From contig JAURCS010000008.1 of NCBI GenBank assembly GCA_030828385.1, positions 8,008 to 72,007 on the forward strand: a DNA stretch of 64,000 nt, read 5' to 3'. Source of the DNA: Gammaproteobacteria bacterium (GTDB lineage Bacteria > Pseudomonadota > Gammaproteobacteria > Pseudomonadales > Pseudohongiellaceae). Below the pieces are notes generated by a model that did not search any database, was not told where the DNA came from, and saw only the letters and a list, made by a program, of their open reading frames with translations. Shown here one piece after another: positions 18,834 to 28,237 of the stretch. Position 1 is the stretch's first letter; the number at the start of each line of letters is the position of its first letter. The position numbers and the translations under genes were made by a program.

Positions 18834-19874
18834 ATGAATAAAAGCATCAAGAAAACACTCCTTAAAACCGGTCTTCTTACTGTCTTATTTTCAACAATCA
18901 CCGCCTGCGCACAGGGAGGCAGTGTTATTTACGTCACTAATGAAGACTCCAACTCCGTCACCATGATCTCCGGTGAAAGCCATGAAGTGATCGCAACTAT
19001 TCCCGTAGGCAAACGTCCTCGCGGCATCAAAGTCAGCCCCGATGGCAGCCTGTTTTACGTCGCGCTCAGTGGCTCGCCAAAATGTCCGCCAACCATGGAT
19101 GATGAGGTGTGTGAAGCAATGGAAGCGGACAAGGCCGCTGATGGCATTGCTGAAGTAAACCCACTTACACAGCAAGTGATCCGTATTCTGCCCAGTGGCT
19201 CAGACCCTGAGCAATTTGATGTGAACTGGCAAACAGGCAAACTCTATGTCTCCAATGAAGACACCCATACCGCTACCATACTGGATTTAAGTCAGGGTGA
19301 AATTCTGATGACCATCCCTACCGGCCTGGAACCCGAAGGAGTCAGGCTGTCACCCGATGGACGCCTGTTTTACGTAACCGGTGAGGTAGCCAGCGACGTC
19401 ACTGTTATCGACGCCAATACTGGTGCGGAAATCACTCGCATCAATGTTGGATTACGTCCACGTGATTCCGTTTTTACCGCAGACAGCAGCACCGCCTATG
19501 TGTCGGCGGAATTTGGCGAACTCATTAATATCATTGATGTGGCTTCAAATACTGCAGTAGGTGAAATCCCACTGGCAGAGGGCTCTTTGCCCATGGGACT
19601 GGTACTCTCCCCTGATGAATCAACCCTGTATGTAGCCAATGGCCGCGGACAGACGGTCGTTGCCATTGATCTGGCAAATCGGGAAGTAGTTAATTCGGTA
19701 GTCGTTGGCCCGCGACCCTGGGGACTGGCCATGAGCCTTGATGGCACAACACTCTATTCTGCCAACGGTCCATCGGATGATATATCCGTAATTGATATTG
19801 CCAGCTTTGAAGTCATCAAAAAAATTCAGGTTGGGGAAACACCCTGGGGAGTAGTCGTAGGACCAGCCCCCTGA
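18834..19874 (+). CDS. YVTN-family beta-propeller repeat lipoprotein
   Basis: 346 aa. Lipobox LFSTITAC. The ~40-residue unit recurs (YVTNEDSNSVTMI, YVSNEDTHTATIL, YVTGEVASDVTVI, YVANGRGQTVVAI, YSANGPSDDISVI). Confidence 0.75.
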   Translation: MNKSIKKTLLKTGLLTVLFSTITACAQGGSVIYVTNEDSNSVTMISGESHEVIATIPVGKRPRGIKVSPDGSLFYVALSGSPKCPPTMDDEVCEAMEADKAADGIAEVNPLTQQVIRILPSGSDPEQFDVNWQTGKLYVSNEDTHTATILDLSQGEILMTIPTGLEPEGVRLSPDGRLFYVTGEVASDVTVIDANTGAEITRINVGLRPRDSVFTADSSTAYVSAEFGELINIIDVASNTAVGEIPLAEGSLPMGLVLSPDESTLYVANGRGQTVVAIDLANREVVNSVVVGPRPWGLAMSLDGTTLYSANGPSDDISVIDIASFEVIKKIQVGETPWGVVVGPAP

Positions 19875-19922
19875 TTTGATTTCAATTTATAGTATCTATC
19901 AATAGTGTCTATTTACAGCTTG

Positions 19923-20465
19923 CTATAGCTTGAGGGCCATACGGACAAAGCCTTCCGCCTGACCATCAATTCTGTACATATCCTGAATCACACACAGTTT
20001 TTCAAAGCCGGCTGTTTCATAGAGGTGGAATGCCGGCTTGTTATCGCACAACACTTCAATATCAATCCACTCCAGTAAATTACTCTGCCGCGCCCATTCG
20101 CAGGCAAATTCCAGCAGTGTACGACCAATGCCCAGTTGGCGGCACGATTTAATCACGCCCATACCAAGCAAGGCACGATGAGAGGTATTCACTTCCTGAT
20201 GCGCGCGCAGATCAACATGACCTAGAATGTTTTTATTGTTCTCATCCATTGCAAGCCAGGCACGACGCCAGCCAGGCTGGCCAATTGTTTTTGATAAACC
20301 CGCCACAAAGGCCGCTTCTTTTTCAGCCGGCAGTTTGACAATTTCTCGTGGCACTGGCTGAAAAAGGGGCGCACCTGATTTACCGTTTTCTTCCAACTGG
20401 GCATTCAGATAATCAAAAAATGCAGGATAGTCCCCTGCTTCCATTAAACGTATTCTAATTTTCAC
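19923..20465 (-). CDS. GNAT family N-acetyltransferase
   Basis: 180 aa. The acetyl-CoA binding region is CRQLGIGRTLLEFACEWAR. Confidence 0.75.
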   Translation of the reverse strand: MKIRIRLMEAGDYPAFFDYLNAQLEENGKSGAPLFQPVPREIVKLPAEKEAAFVAGLSKTIGQPGWRRAWLAMDENNKNILGHVDLRAHQEVNTSHRALLGMGVIKSCRQLGIGRTLLEFACEWARQSNLLEWIDIEVLCDNKPAFHLYETAGFEKLCVIQDMYRIDGQAEGFVRMALKL

Positions 20466-20618
20466 AATAGCCTTTGCTGAGAAAAGTGGCGATGCCCCTT
20501 ATTTATTTCAACGTTACTTGAACGTTATGGATTGTATTGGTGACTTGCTGAATAGGACCAATAGTGCCATATTCTGACTCAACTTTTCTAAACAAATAAA
20601 AAGAAATACGGAGTAACC

Positions 20619-21161
20619 ATGAAACGACACATCAACCCACTTTTTACTGCACTCCTGCTTATGTTCTCAATGACCAGCACAACGCTCTGGGCTCAGGGTA
20701 TGGATCATGACATGGGAGAAAACATGGCCTCGCACATGGCTCTTCTTCAAAGAATGGAAGATAGAGAACAGATCGAACATCTGATGTGGCGTTATACCCG
20801 GGCACTGGATTCTTTTGATCCGGATGCCTATGTGGCGGTATTTACCGAAGACGGTTCATTCGGCGCAATCAAGGGGAAGGACGCACTACATAAAATGATG
20901 ACGGACTACCGCGATGGCAGAGCAGAACAGGCAGCCAATGGAAACCCACCAGCGCCCATGTTTCACGCTACCGAAAATTACTGGACAGAATTCGTAAATA
21001 AGGATCATGCGCGACACCATGCCTACTGGGTTACCTACTTTGGCGCCAACGGACCCGATACACCAGCGCGCATGGTTTCTGTTGGCCGTAGTGTTGACGA
21101 TATAGTCCGCGTTAATGGTGAATGGTTAATTCAATCACGCAATGTGAGCCCGGAAGATTAG
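20619..21161 (+). CDS. Secreted NTF2/SnoaL_4-like protein
   Basis: 180 aa with a signal peptide (TTLWAQG). EQIEHLMWRYTRALDSFDPDAYVAVFTEDGSF matches the family pattern. Confidence 0.6.
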   Translation: MKRHINPLFTALLLMFSMTSTTLWAQGMDHDMGENMASHMALLQRMEDREQIEHLMWRYTRALDSFDPDAYVAVFTEDGSFGAIKGKDALHKMMTDYRDGRAEQAANGNPPAPMFHATENYWTEFVNKDHARHHAYWVTYFGANGPDTPARMVSVGRSVDDIVRVNGEWLIQSRNVSPED

Positions 21162-21539
21162 CCTCTCGGTCAAGTCATAGATACCGATAAACCATTAGCA
21201 TAGATCGTCATAAGATATCATTTTGATATCCAACAAGGTCATGTGGCAAAGTTTGTAAATTGCTATAAGGCACTGTTATGGTTGTTTTAATGCCAAAAAG
21301 CCAGCTACACCTCTGGTTTTTCCATAGGCTTGCAGTAAATAGCTGTTGATTTGAAAATAACTGCTTGTTCATATTTATAAAAATATGCAAACTAATCTAA
21401 AGTATTCAATCGCAATATCTTGATTCAAATTATATTTTTTTATTATTCAGCCTTTCTTGAATAATCTGTCAAATTATTTGACTAAATTAAAAGACTTTAA
21501 AAATATGTAGACCAGTAATTTTTACAAGGATATGTAATT

Positions 21540-22961
21540 ATGAATCTGGAAGGCATGACCGAAAACGCTCCAGACGAAATTGCTGGTATACCTCCAGAAC
21601 CAGCCCATCAAGGGCTGGATGAAAATCAAACATCTGCTAATTATCATCAAAAAATTCTTGATGCCGTGCCTGACTGGGTATGGGAAATTGATCAGTATGG
21701 ATTCATTACCTACTCCAACCCAAGGGTGCAGAATCTTCTGGGTTATGCTCCAGGAAAACTGGAAGATAAATCTTTTCTGCATCTTGTTCCAAAGAGCGAT
21801 TCAATCAATGCCCGCACTTTACTTTCCGAAGACTGGGAAAGACAAGGCAATGCTGTCTATCTGAAACACTACCTGGTTTCCAAAGACGGAAATAAAGTTC
21901 TGTTTGAAACTACCGGATCTGTTTTTTTGGACACACTTAGCAACAAGCAAGGCACGCGCTTTTTCAGTCGACCTGTAGACACAGAGCAATCTTCTGAAGA
22001 ACGGAAAAACAAGATGGCAATGTTCGCCGCCAACAATATTAGTCAGGGCATTGCCATTGCCAATTCTGAAATGATTATCACCTACGTCAATTCAACGATG
22101 ACTGAAATATTTGGTTATACAGAGGACGAATTAATTGGTGAACCTCTGACCATACTGGGAACCGATAATGATACGGACCTGGTGAAATCCAAAGCAGTCT
22201 CAGCGGCACTAAGAAGCGATGCCTGCTGGGATGGTGAAGCCAGGAGAAAACACAAAAATGGAGAATATATTCCATGCATAATCAGCGCCCGTGCCATTGA
22301 TAACAAAAACGGCCAGAGAATCTGTTACATCGGCACTTACATGGATAAGCGACCTCTGCACAAGTCCAGCGCCAAGGTCCAGAATTCTCTTAAGAAAGTT
22401 ATTAATACTATCTGCAATGCCATAGAAGACAGGAATGTCATCAAAAGTCAGCATCAGGAGCGTGTTACTGATCTGGCTGTTGCTATTGCGATAGAGATGG
22501 GGGCCAGTGTTCATTTCATTGAAGGGCTTTCTCTTGCTTGCCAGTTACATGATCTTGGCGAAATGTATATCCCTCCTGAAATCGCAAACCGGGTTGGTAG
22601 ATTAAGTGATGCTGATTTTGAAATGATCAAAACTCACCCCAAAAAAGGCTATGAATTACTTAAGTCCATGAATCTTGAATGGCCTGTTGCCGATATTGTG
22701 TTACAGCATCACGAGCGTATGGACGGCAGTGGATATCCGTACCAGTTGCGCGGGGACGAAATTATGCTGGAAGCACGAATTCTGGCCGTCTCGGATGTTA
22801 TTGAAACCATGCTGACTGATCGCCCCTACCGTAGCGCCTGTAGTCTTGATCAGTGCCTTGCGGAACTGTCGGAGAATAAAGGTAAGCTATATGACTACGA
22901 TGTCGTCGATACCTGCATCCAGCTGATCAGAGAAAATCATTATTTCCTCAAGCGACTCTAA
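21540..22961 (+). CDS. PAS-PAS-HD-GYP signalling protein (putative c-di-GMP phosphodiesterase)
   Basis: 473 aa. There are two PAS-like units (ILDAVPDWVWEIDQYGFITYSN; GIAIANSEMIITYVNSTMTEIFGY) and an HD-GYP core (HDLGEMYIP ... HHERMDGSGYPY). Confidence 0.8.
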   Translation: MNLEGMTENAPDEIAGIPPEPAHQGLDENQTSANYHQKILDAVPDWVWEIDQYGFITYSNPRVQNLLGYAPGKLEDKSFLHLVPKSDSINARTLLSEDWERQGNAVYLKHYLVSKDGNKVLFETTGSVFLDTLSNKQGTRFFSRPVDTEQSSEERKNKMAMFAANNISQGIAIANSEMIITYVNSTMTEIFGYTEDELIGEPLTILGTDNDTDLVKSKAVSAALRSDACWDGEARRKHKNGEYIPCIISARAIDNKNGQRICYIGTYMDKRPLHKSSAKVQNSLKKVINTICNAIEDRNVIKSQHQERVTDLAVAIAIEMGASVHFIEGLSLACQLHDLGEMYIPPEIANRVGRLSDADFEMIKTHPKKGYELLKSMNLEWPVADIVLQHHERMDGSGYPYQLRGDEIMLEARILAVSDVIETMLTDRPYRSACSLDQCLAELSENKGKLYDYDVVDTCIQLIRENHYFLKRL

Positions 22962-23212
22962 GAAAAATTTTTCTCCAATCCCTGCCCCATACTCCCTCTA
23001 TCTGTCTTCTGCCTGTTTCCCAGCTGTTCCCTGCGAGCTCCTGACACTATTTGCCAACACAAACGTTGATATTTCATTTTAATGACACAGCTATCATCCT
23101 GTTGGCACTAATTTTCGTATATATTACTGTTTTATATAATGAGCTATCAGCTAAGATGGGGTATATTTGTTCACACATATAAACAAATATATTTGCCAGT
23201 GAGGAGTCAGTA

Positions 23213-24109
23213 ATGAGCCAATGGGAAGGATTCGAAGAGCTCGTCAAAGTAGTTGAAGTGGGCAGTTTTTCGGGGGCGGCACGTTCAATGGGCGTGTCAA
23301 AAGGACACATTAGCCAGCGTATCAGTCAACTGGAAGACCGACTTGGGACAAGACTTCTGCATCGGACTACACGCAAATTATCCCTGACTGAACTCGGGAA
23401 TCTGTACTACCAGCGCTGCAAGCAGATTATCGAAGACCTGGAAGAGATTGAAGAAACTGTTTCCGAGTTTCAGCAACGCGCTACCGGCTTGTTAAAAATT
23501 AGCTCGCCCAATCTGCTTGGTGAAATGCATATTGTCCCTGCTATCGCGGATTTTCTTAAAGAAAATACCACTCTGGAAATTGAGCTGAATTTTTATAGCC
23601 GCAAGGTTGATCTTATCGAGGATGCCTACGATGTTGCTATTCAGGTTGGCCCTCGTACTGACATCAATGTCGTTAACAAGCCGCTGGCCAGTACCACCTT
23701 CATTCTGGTGGCAAGTCCACGCTTTTTGAATCAGTACGGTACTCCGGAAGTTCCACAGGATCTCAAACATCTGCGCTGTCTGCGATTTACAGAATATGGC
23801 TCCAGCAAGCCATGGAAATTTATTCGTGGCGAAGAAACAGTTTCCGTCAATGGTCTCAGTCATTGGCACAGTAATAATGGCCATTGCCTGTTGGCCGCGG
23901 CACGCGACGGTTTAGGTCTGGCTTATCTGCCGGATTATTATCTGGCAGAGGACATGAAGGCGGGCAGACTCGTCAGAGTGCTGGGTGACTGGCGTGGCAT
24001 CGAAAGAGACATCGTTGCGATTTACCAGCAACGACGACATTTGTCTGCCAAGGTAAAACTCTTCGTCGACTTTTTGCAGGACAGGTTCCACCAGGAAAAA
24101 CCCTGGTAA
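23213..24109 (+). CDS. LysR-family transcriptional regulator (NhaR-like by position)
   Basis: 298 aa. The N-terminal wHTH is FSGAARSMGVSKGHISQRISQLEDRLGTRLLHRTTR. It lies 63 nt upstream of nhaA on the same strand. Confidence 0.8.
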   Translation: MSQWEGFEELVKVVEVGSFSGAARSMGVSKGHISQRISQLEDRLGTRLLHRTTRKLSLTELGNLYYQRCKQIIEDLEEIEETVSEFQQRATGLLKISSPNLLGEMHIVPAIADFLKENTTLEIELNFYSRKVDLIEDAYDVAIQVGPRTDINVVNKPLASTTFILVASPRFLNQYGTPEVPQDLKHLRCLRFTEYGSSKPWKFIRGEETVSVNGLSHWHSNNGHCLLAAARDGLGLAYLPDYYLAEDMKAGRLVRVLGDWRGIERDIVAIYQQRRHLSAKVKLFVDFLQDRFHQEKPW

Positions 24110-24172
24110 GGTTCATCCCCCAATGTCCTGACGGGGATTTCCCCTCAGTGTGAATTACGGTAGGCTTGCGCC

Positions 24173-25363
24173 ATGCCATTACAGCCCATTCTCAGCCTCA
24201 TAAAAAAATTTCTGTCAAAAGAATACGCCAGTGGTATTTTGCTTTTTTTCGCCGCATCACTGGCCATGATTGCAGAAAACTCTTCCTTGTCCGGTTTTTA
24301 TGATTCCCTGCTCGCCACCCAAGTGGAAATCAGAATTGACGACTTCCAGATAGCCAAACCGCTTTTACTTTGGGTAAATGATGGCTTGATGGCAATTTTC
24401 TTTTTCCATGTGGGACTGGAAATCAAACGTGAAGTCCTGGGGGGCAAACTGTCTGAATTATCAGCAGTGACATTGCCTCTGTTTGGCGCTATGGGGGGCA
24501 TCCTGGTTCCGGCTGGACTCTATGCTTTTATTAATCTGGACGATCCAGCCGCCCTGCAGGGATGGGCTATTCCGACGGCTACCGATATAGCCTTTGCTTT
24601 GGGCGTTCTGGGGTTGTTGGGCAAACGTGTACCAACCGGGTTAAAAGTATTCCTGTTATCGCTCGCTGTCATTGATGACCTATGCGCCATTCTAATTATT
24701 GCTTTCTTTTATACTTCCAGTCTCGGCATTTCTTCCTTGATAGTCGCCTCCATTATGATTTGCCTGCTCTACCTGTTAAACCGAATGAAAGTGACTTCTC
24801 TAGTGCCCTATTTTTTCGTTGGCCTGATTTTATGGGCTTCTGTATTGAAGTCGGGCATTCATGCCACTCTGGCCGGGGTGGTCATAGCCATGTTTATCCC
24901 CTATATCAAGCGACCTGATTCAGATATCAATATGCTGGAAGAAATTGAACATGACCTGAAGGATACTGTTTACCTTTTTATCCTTCCCTTCTTTGCCTTT
25001 GTTAATTCCGGGGTTTATCTTAGTGAGCTCTCCGTAGATAGTCTGCTTAGACCGATCCCACTGGGCATCATGGCAGGACTGATTGTCGGCAAGCAACTTG
25101 GTATTCTCAGCTTTTGCTGGCTTGCGGTTAAAAGTGGTTTCGCAAGCATGCCTGATGATATTAACTGGAAGCAGCTTTACGGTGTTTCCCTGATTTGCGG
25201 TATTGGTTTTACCATGAGCGTATTTATCAGTTCACTGGCTTTTGAAACTGGCGTCATCAGTACCATGGAGGATGATCGCATTGGCATTATTGTCGGTTCG
25301 CTGTTATCCGGTATTGCCGGTTATTTTTTTCTGCGCTTTAGTAATAATAAAAAGAATAATTAA
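24173..25363 (+). CDS. nhaA: Na+/H+ antiporter NhaA
   Basis: 396 aa, polytopic. Signature WVNDGLMAIFFFHVGLEIKRE and IPTATDIAFALGVL. Confidence 0.9.
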   Translation: MPLQPILSLIKKFLSKEYASGILLFFAASLAMIAENSSLSGFYDSLLATQVEIRIDDFQIAKPLLLWVNDGLMAIFFFHVGLEIKREVLGGKLSELSAVTLPLFGAMGGILVPAGLYAFINLDDPAALQGWAIPTATDIAFALGVLGLLGKRVPTGLKVFLLSLAVIDDLCAILIIAFFYTSSLGISSLIVASIMICLLYLLNRMKVTSLVPYFFVGLILWASVLKSGIHATLAGVVIAMFIPYIKRPDSDINMLEEIEHDLKDTVYLFILPFFAFVNSGVYLSELSVDSLLRPIPLGIMAGLIVGKQLGILSFCWLAVKSGFASMPDDINWKQLYGVSLICGIGFTMSVFISSLAFETGVISTMEDDRIGIIVGSLLSGIAGYFFLRFSNNKKNN

Positions 25364-25410
25364 AACGCTTATACTACGGCTATGCCCAATTCTCTTGAGG
25401 AATATATTTC

Positions 25411-26202
25411 ATGACTATTTCAAGACGACAATTACTTGCGGCAACGACAACAACTGCGCTTGGCGGCCTACTTCCCCATGTAGCAATGGCTGCTGAAAAA
25501 CGCCGCCTGGGACTGATCTTTCCGGTTATAGATCGCGGGCAACCAGAGGAAGGCCTGACTCTTTATGGCGACTCCATTGACTACCTCATTAATAACCTTG
25601 ATCTGAAAACCATGACACCGGATGGTTATGATGCCGTTATTGACCAAATTCCCGAGAAAGCCCTTGGACTTGCAGCACAGGGTGTAGAGGCCATTATGAT
25701 TATGGGAACCTCGCTCACTTTTTATCAGGGGCGTGAGTTTAATGAGCGACTTGCCAGAACAGTCGCAGAAGCTACCGGCTTGCCTACTTCAACCATGAGC
25801 AACGGCATCATCAATGGTCTTAAGGAGGTAGGCGGTAAAAATATTGTTTGTGCTACCGCCTACAACGATGAAGTAAACAATCGACTGGTACGCTTTCTGG
25901 GCGAACATGATTTTAATGTTCTGAACATCGAAGGCCTGGGTATTGAAGCAGTGGAGGATATTTTTTCTGTAACAGATCCTCAGCTGATCGAGTTTTGTGA
26001 AAAAGTGACCAATGACGCTAATGCTGCAGACGCTATACTGATTAGCTGCGGCGGTCTGATCACCCTGAATATCCTTGCTCCGGTTGAAGAACGCGTAAGA
26101 ATTCCTGCCGTATCAAGCACCCCCCATGCTCTCTTTGAAGGCACCAAATTGCTTGGCATGGATCCCCATGTGCAAGGGTATGGCCAGTTGATTTCGGGAT
26201 AG
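25411..26202 (+). CDS. Asp/Glu/hydantoin-racemase superfamily protein (maleate isomerase / arylmalonate decarboxylase-like) with a twin-arginine leader
   Basis: 263 aa. The leader is MTISRRQLLAATTTTALGGLLPHVAMA. The body has the two-lobe pattern with GTSLTF and SCGGL loops. Confidence 0.55.
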   Translation: MTISRRQLLAATTTTALGGLLPHVAMAAEKRRLGLIFPVIDRGQPEEGLTLYGDSIDYLINNLDLKTMTPDGYDAVIDQIPEKALGLAAQGVEAIMIMGTSLTFYQGREFNERLARTVAEATGLPTSTMSNGIINGLKEVGGKNIVCATAYNDEVNNRLVRFLGEHDFNVLNIEGLGIEAVEDIFSVTDPQLIEFCEKVTNDANAADAILISCGGLITLNILAPVEERVRIPAVSSTPHALFEGTKLLGMDPHVQGYGQLISG

Positions 26203-26223
26203 CATGCCGCAGTTAGCAGCGAA

Positions 26224-26991
26224 TTACTGGGGCCCTACAATATGCTCAAGGTCTACATTGTTATCCTGACAAAAATATTCTGTCATATGAAATGAAGACC
26301 ATGGTACATCCCATGAGGCGGTCCAGGGTCTTGTGTAGGCACCCGGGTCATCTATAGTCACTTGGTAATGCAGGGTGTCGTGATCAGGTCTGGAAATCCT
26401 TTCAATTAGATGTAATTGATCTGTATGTGGCATACCGGAAGGTCTGCGTGCAAACCAGAATCGTTCGTTAAAGCCAACAGTATCGACGACCAGAGTATCG
26501 CCTTCCCAGTGACCGATGGAATGACCAAAAAATGTCGGCGTGTAAACCTTAAGATCGGGATGTTCCCTGCCATCAAGCCAGATTTCTCGCCAGCTCCTGT
26601 TAGCGCCTCCAGACATCACCAGGATTCTCTCACTACTTCTGTCATGAACGATTTCCAGCCCCCAGGGGGTATGAAACTGACGCGGACCACCATTGGGCAT
26701 ACAGCGAGGATGAGGGTCATCACGACCCAGTGTCGCCAGGCGTTCCTGAACAATTTTCTTTGCCCATGGACGAAAAGGCGCTACTTTATCTATTTCTTCC
26801 GGATGTACCAGATAGGCTCCATCCATTTCTACAAAATTTTCAGAAAGGTTACCCACACCACTATTCCAATGCCCGGTTTCTCCCTTCATGGCTCCCAGGT
26901 TCACGCTGCCATCTGCAAAACGTGGTGTTGGTGCCTGGGCCTGTACCGCTGAAAACAGCGGCAAGGAAAACAGTAAAAACAAAGTTTTCAC
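26224..26991 (-). CDS. Secreted hypothetical protein, partner of the His-His-Ser protein (module A; paralog of 49270..50028)
   Basis: The GTG at 26991 gives (M)KTLFLLFSLPLFSAVQAQA, closely mirroring the paralog's signal peptide. Alternative starts are ATG 27057 and the tracked 27090. Shared blocks are GHSIGHWEGDTLVVDT, PHTDQLHLIE, VTIDDPGAYTRPW and EYFCQDNN. Confidence 0.6.
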   Translation of the reverse strand: MKTLFLLFSLPLFSAVQAQAPTPRFADGSVNLGAMKGETGHWNSGVGNLSENFVEMDGAYLVHPEEIDKVAPFRPWAKKIVQERLATLGRDDPHPRCMPNGGPRQFHTPWGLEIVHDRSSERILVMSGGANRSWREIWLDGREHPDLKVYTPTFFGHSIGHWEGDTLVVDTVGFNERFWFARRPSGMPHTDQLHLIERISRPDHDTLHYQVTIDDPGAYTRPWTASWDVPWSSFHMTEYFCQDNNVDLEHIVGPQ

Positions 26992-27049
26992 CAAGGCATT
27001 AGTCTCGCCCGATCTGCCCAAAGTGCAACTGCTGAGTGAACCTGAAAAT

Positions 27050-27454
27050 TTAATCATCACGGCTGGACCCCACAAACAAGCGTCGGCCACTTTCTACCAT
27101 TACAACGGAGTTGGCATTGACAAGATTAGTGCCATCACGTGCCAGACTGCCTTCTACTTCCAGGATATCCCCTACATCTATAGAATTTCTGTTCCAGCCA
27201 TTTCTTTCCATGGCAATTGGGGAGCCCATCTCAAAAGCCCACTCCTCAATACCATTCTCGTCCTCTACCTCCAGATAAAAATACACATGAGGATTACGCC
27301 ATTCCAGCTTTATTAGATAACCACTCAAGGTAATCGGTTTATCCGCATCGTACTGAGCAGGGAAAGAGTGATGGCTGTTAGCCGGCAAGGCAAGACAAAG
27401 AGAAAAGGTGATACCAACAAATAACAGAACAGTTTTCCTAAAAAGGTTATGCAT
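27050..27454 (-). CDS. Small secreted protein with predicted mature N-terminus His-His-Ser (module A; paralog of 48864..49256). I recall a DUF6152-type family, unverified.
   Basis: 134 aa. The signal peptide ends ...LALPANS|HHSF. Blocks shared with the paralog are EW.NPH, W.(F/C)EMGSP and ARDG(T/S)N. Confidence 0.65.
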   Translation of the reverse strand: MHNLFRKTVLLFVGITFSLCLALPANSHHSFPAQYDADKPITLSGYLIKLEWRNPHVYFYLEVEDENGIEEWAFEMGSPIAMERNGWNRNSIDVGDILEVEGSLARDGTNLVNANSVVMVESGRRLFVGSSRDD

Positions 27455-27667
27455 GATCAGCCCCCGAAGATTTACTATGCCAGAGATTAAACTGCCGTCT
27501 GGAAAATGTCTATGTCTACGACAGCTGGACTGGTGTTTTTCTGTTTAAGGGATTTAGCTTTAATTACTTCAAAAGAAAGATACCCGGAAATGATGGATAA
27601 ATTTAAATCAAAAGTGTTTGTATCGAAGATTGGGATATTGATATGCAGAGCTATGGCGGCAGATGTT

Positions 27668-28234
27668 TTATATAGCACCGTTACGCAATACTTCTTCCAG
27701 CATAAGAATATTTTCCTTTACCCCGGGCATGGCCGGATAGACTTCCAGGAGCGTCAGGAAGGCACCACGCGCCATGAAATAGTCCTGCTTCCCCATATAC
27801 ACCAATCCCCTGCCGGAAAGGGCGCCAAAATGAAATGGCTCAAGTTTGAGGACCTCATCAATATCTCTGAGTGATGCATCATATTCACCCATTTGATAGT
27901 AAATGGTGGCACGCCTGTTCCAGGCTTCAGCAAAATCCGGTTTCAATGCAATAAGCCTGTCAAAGGTTTGCAGAGCAGCACTAATGGAATAACTCTCCAT
28001 TTGCTGGACCCCTCTTGTCATCAGGCTATTCGCCATGGGGTCTTCATGCTCAAACCATATTTGCCAGATTGCGTTGGCAATTGAATTGGCCGCAAACATA
28101 TCTGTTTCAGTTTTTAAGGAAGCAAACAGCTCTTCAAGCCGGGGATCATTCTGATCGGCATACAGGGCGGGGCTGGTAATCATGCACCAGCAAATGGCTA
28201 TTCCCCGGATTGTTATGAAGAGCTTTTGCCTCAT
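27668..28234 (-). CDS. Secreted TPR-repeat protein
   Basis: 188 aa with a signal peptide. TPR units are present (AEAWNRRATIYYQMGEYDASLRDIDEVLKLEP; FGALSGRGLVYMGKQDY). It starts 3 nt after the PQQ dehydrogenase stop. Confidence 0.65.
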   Translation of the reverse strand: MRQKLFITIRGIAICWCMITSPALYADQNDPRLEELFASLKTETDMFAANSIANAIWQIWFEHEDPMANSLMTRGVQQMESYSISAALQTFDRLIALKPDFAEAWNRRATIYYQMGEYDASLRDIDEVLKLEPFHFGALSGRGLVYMGKQDYFMARGAFLTLLEVYPAMPGVKENILMLEEVLRNGAI

Positions 28235-28237
28235 GTC

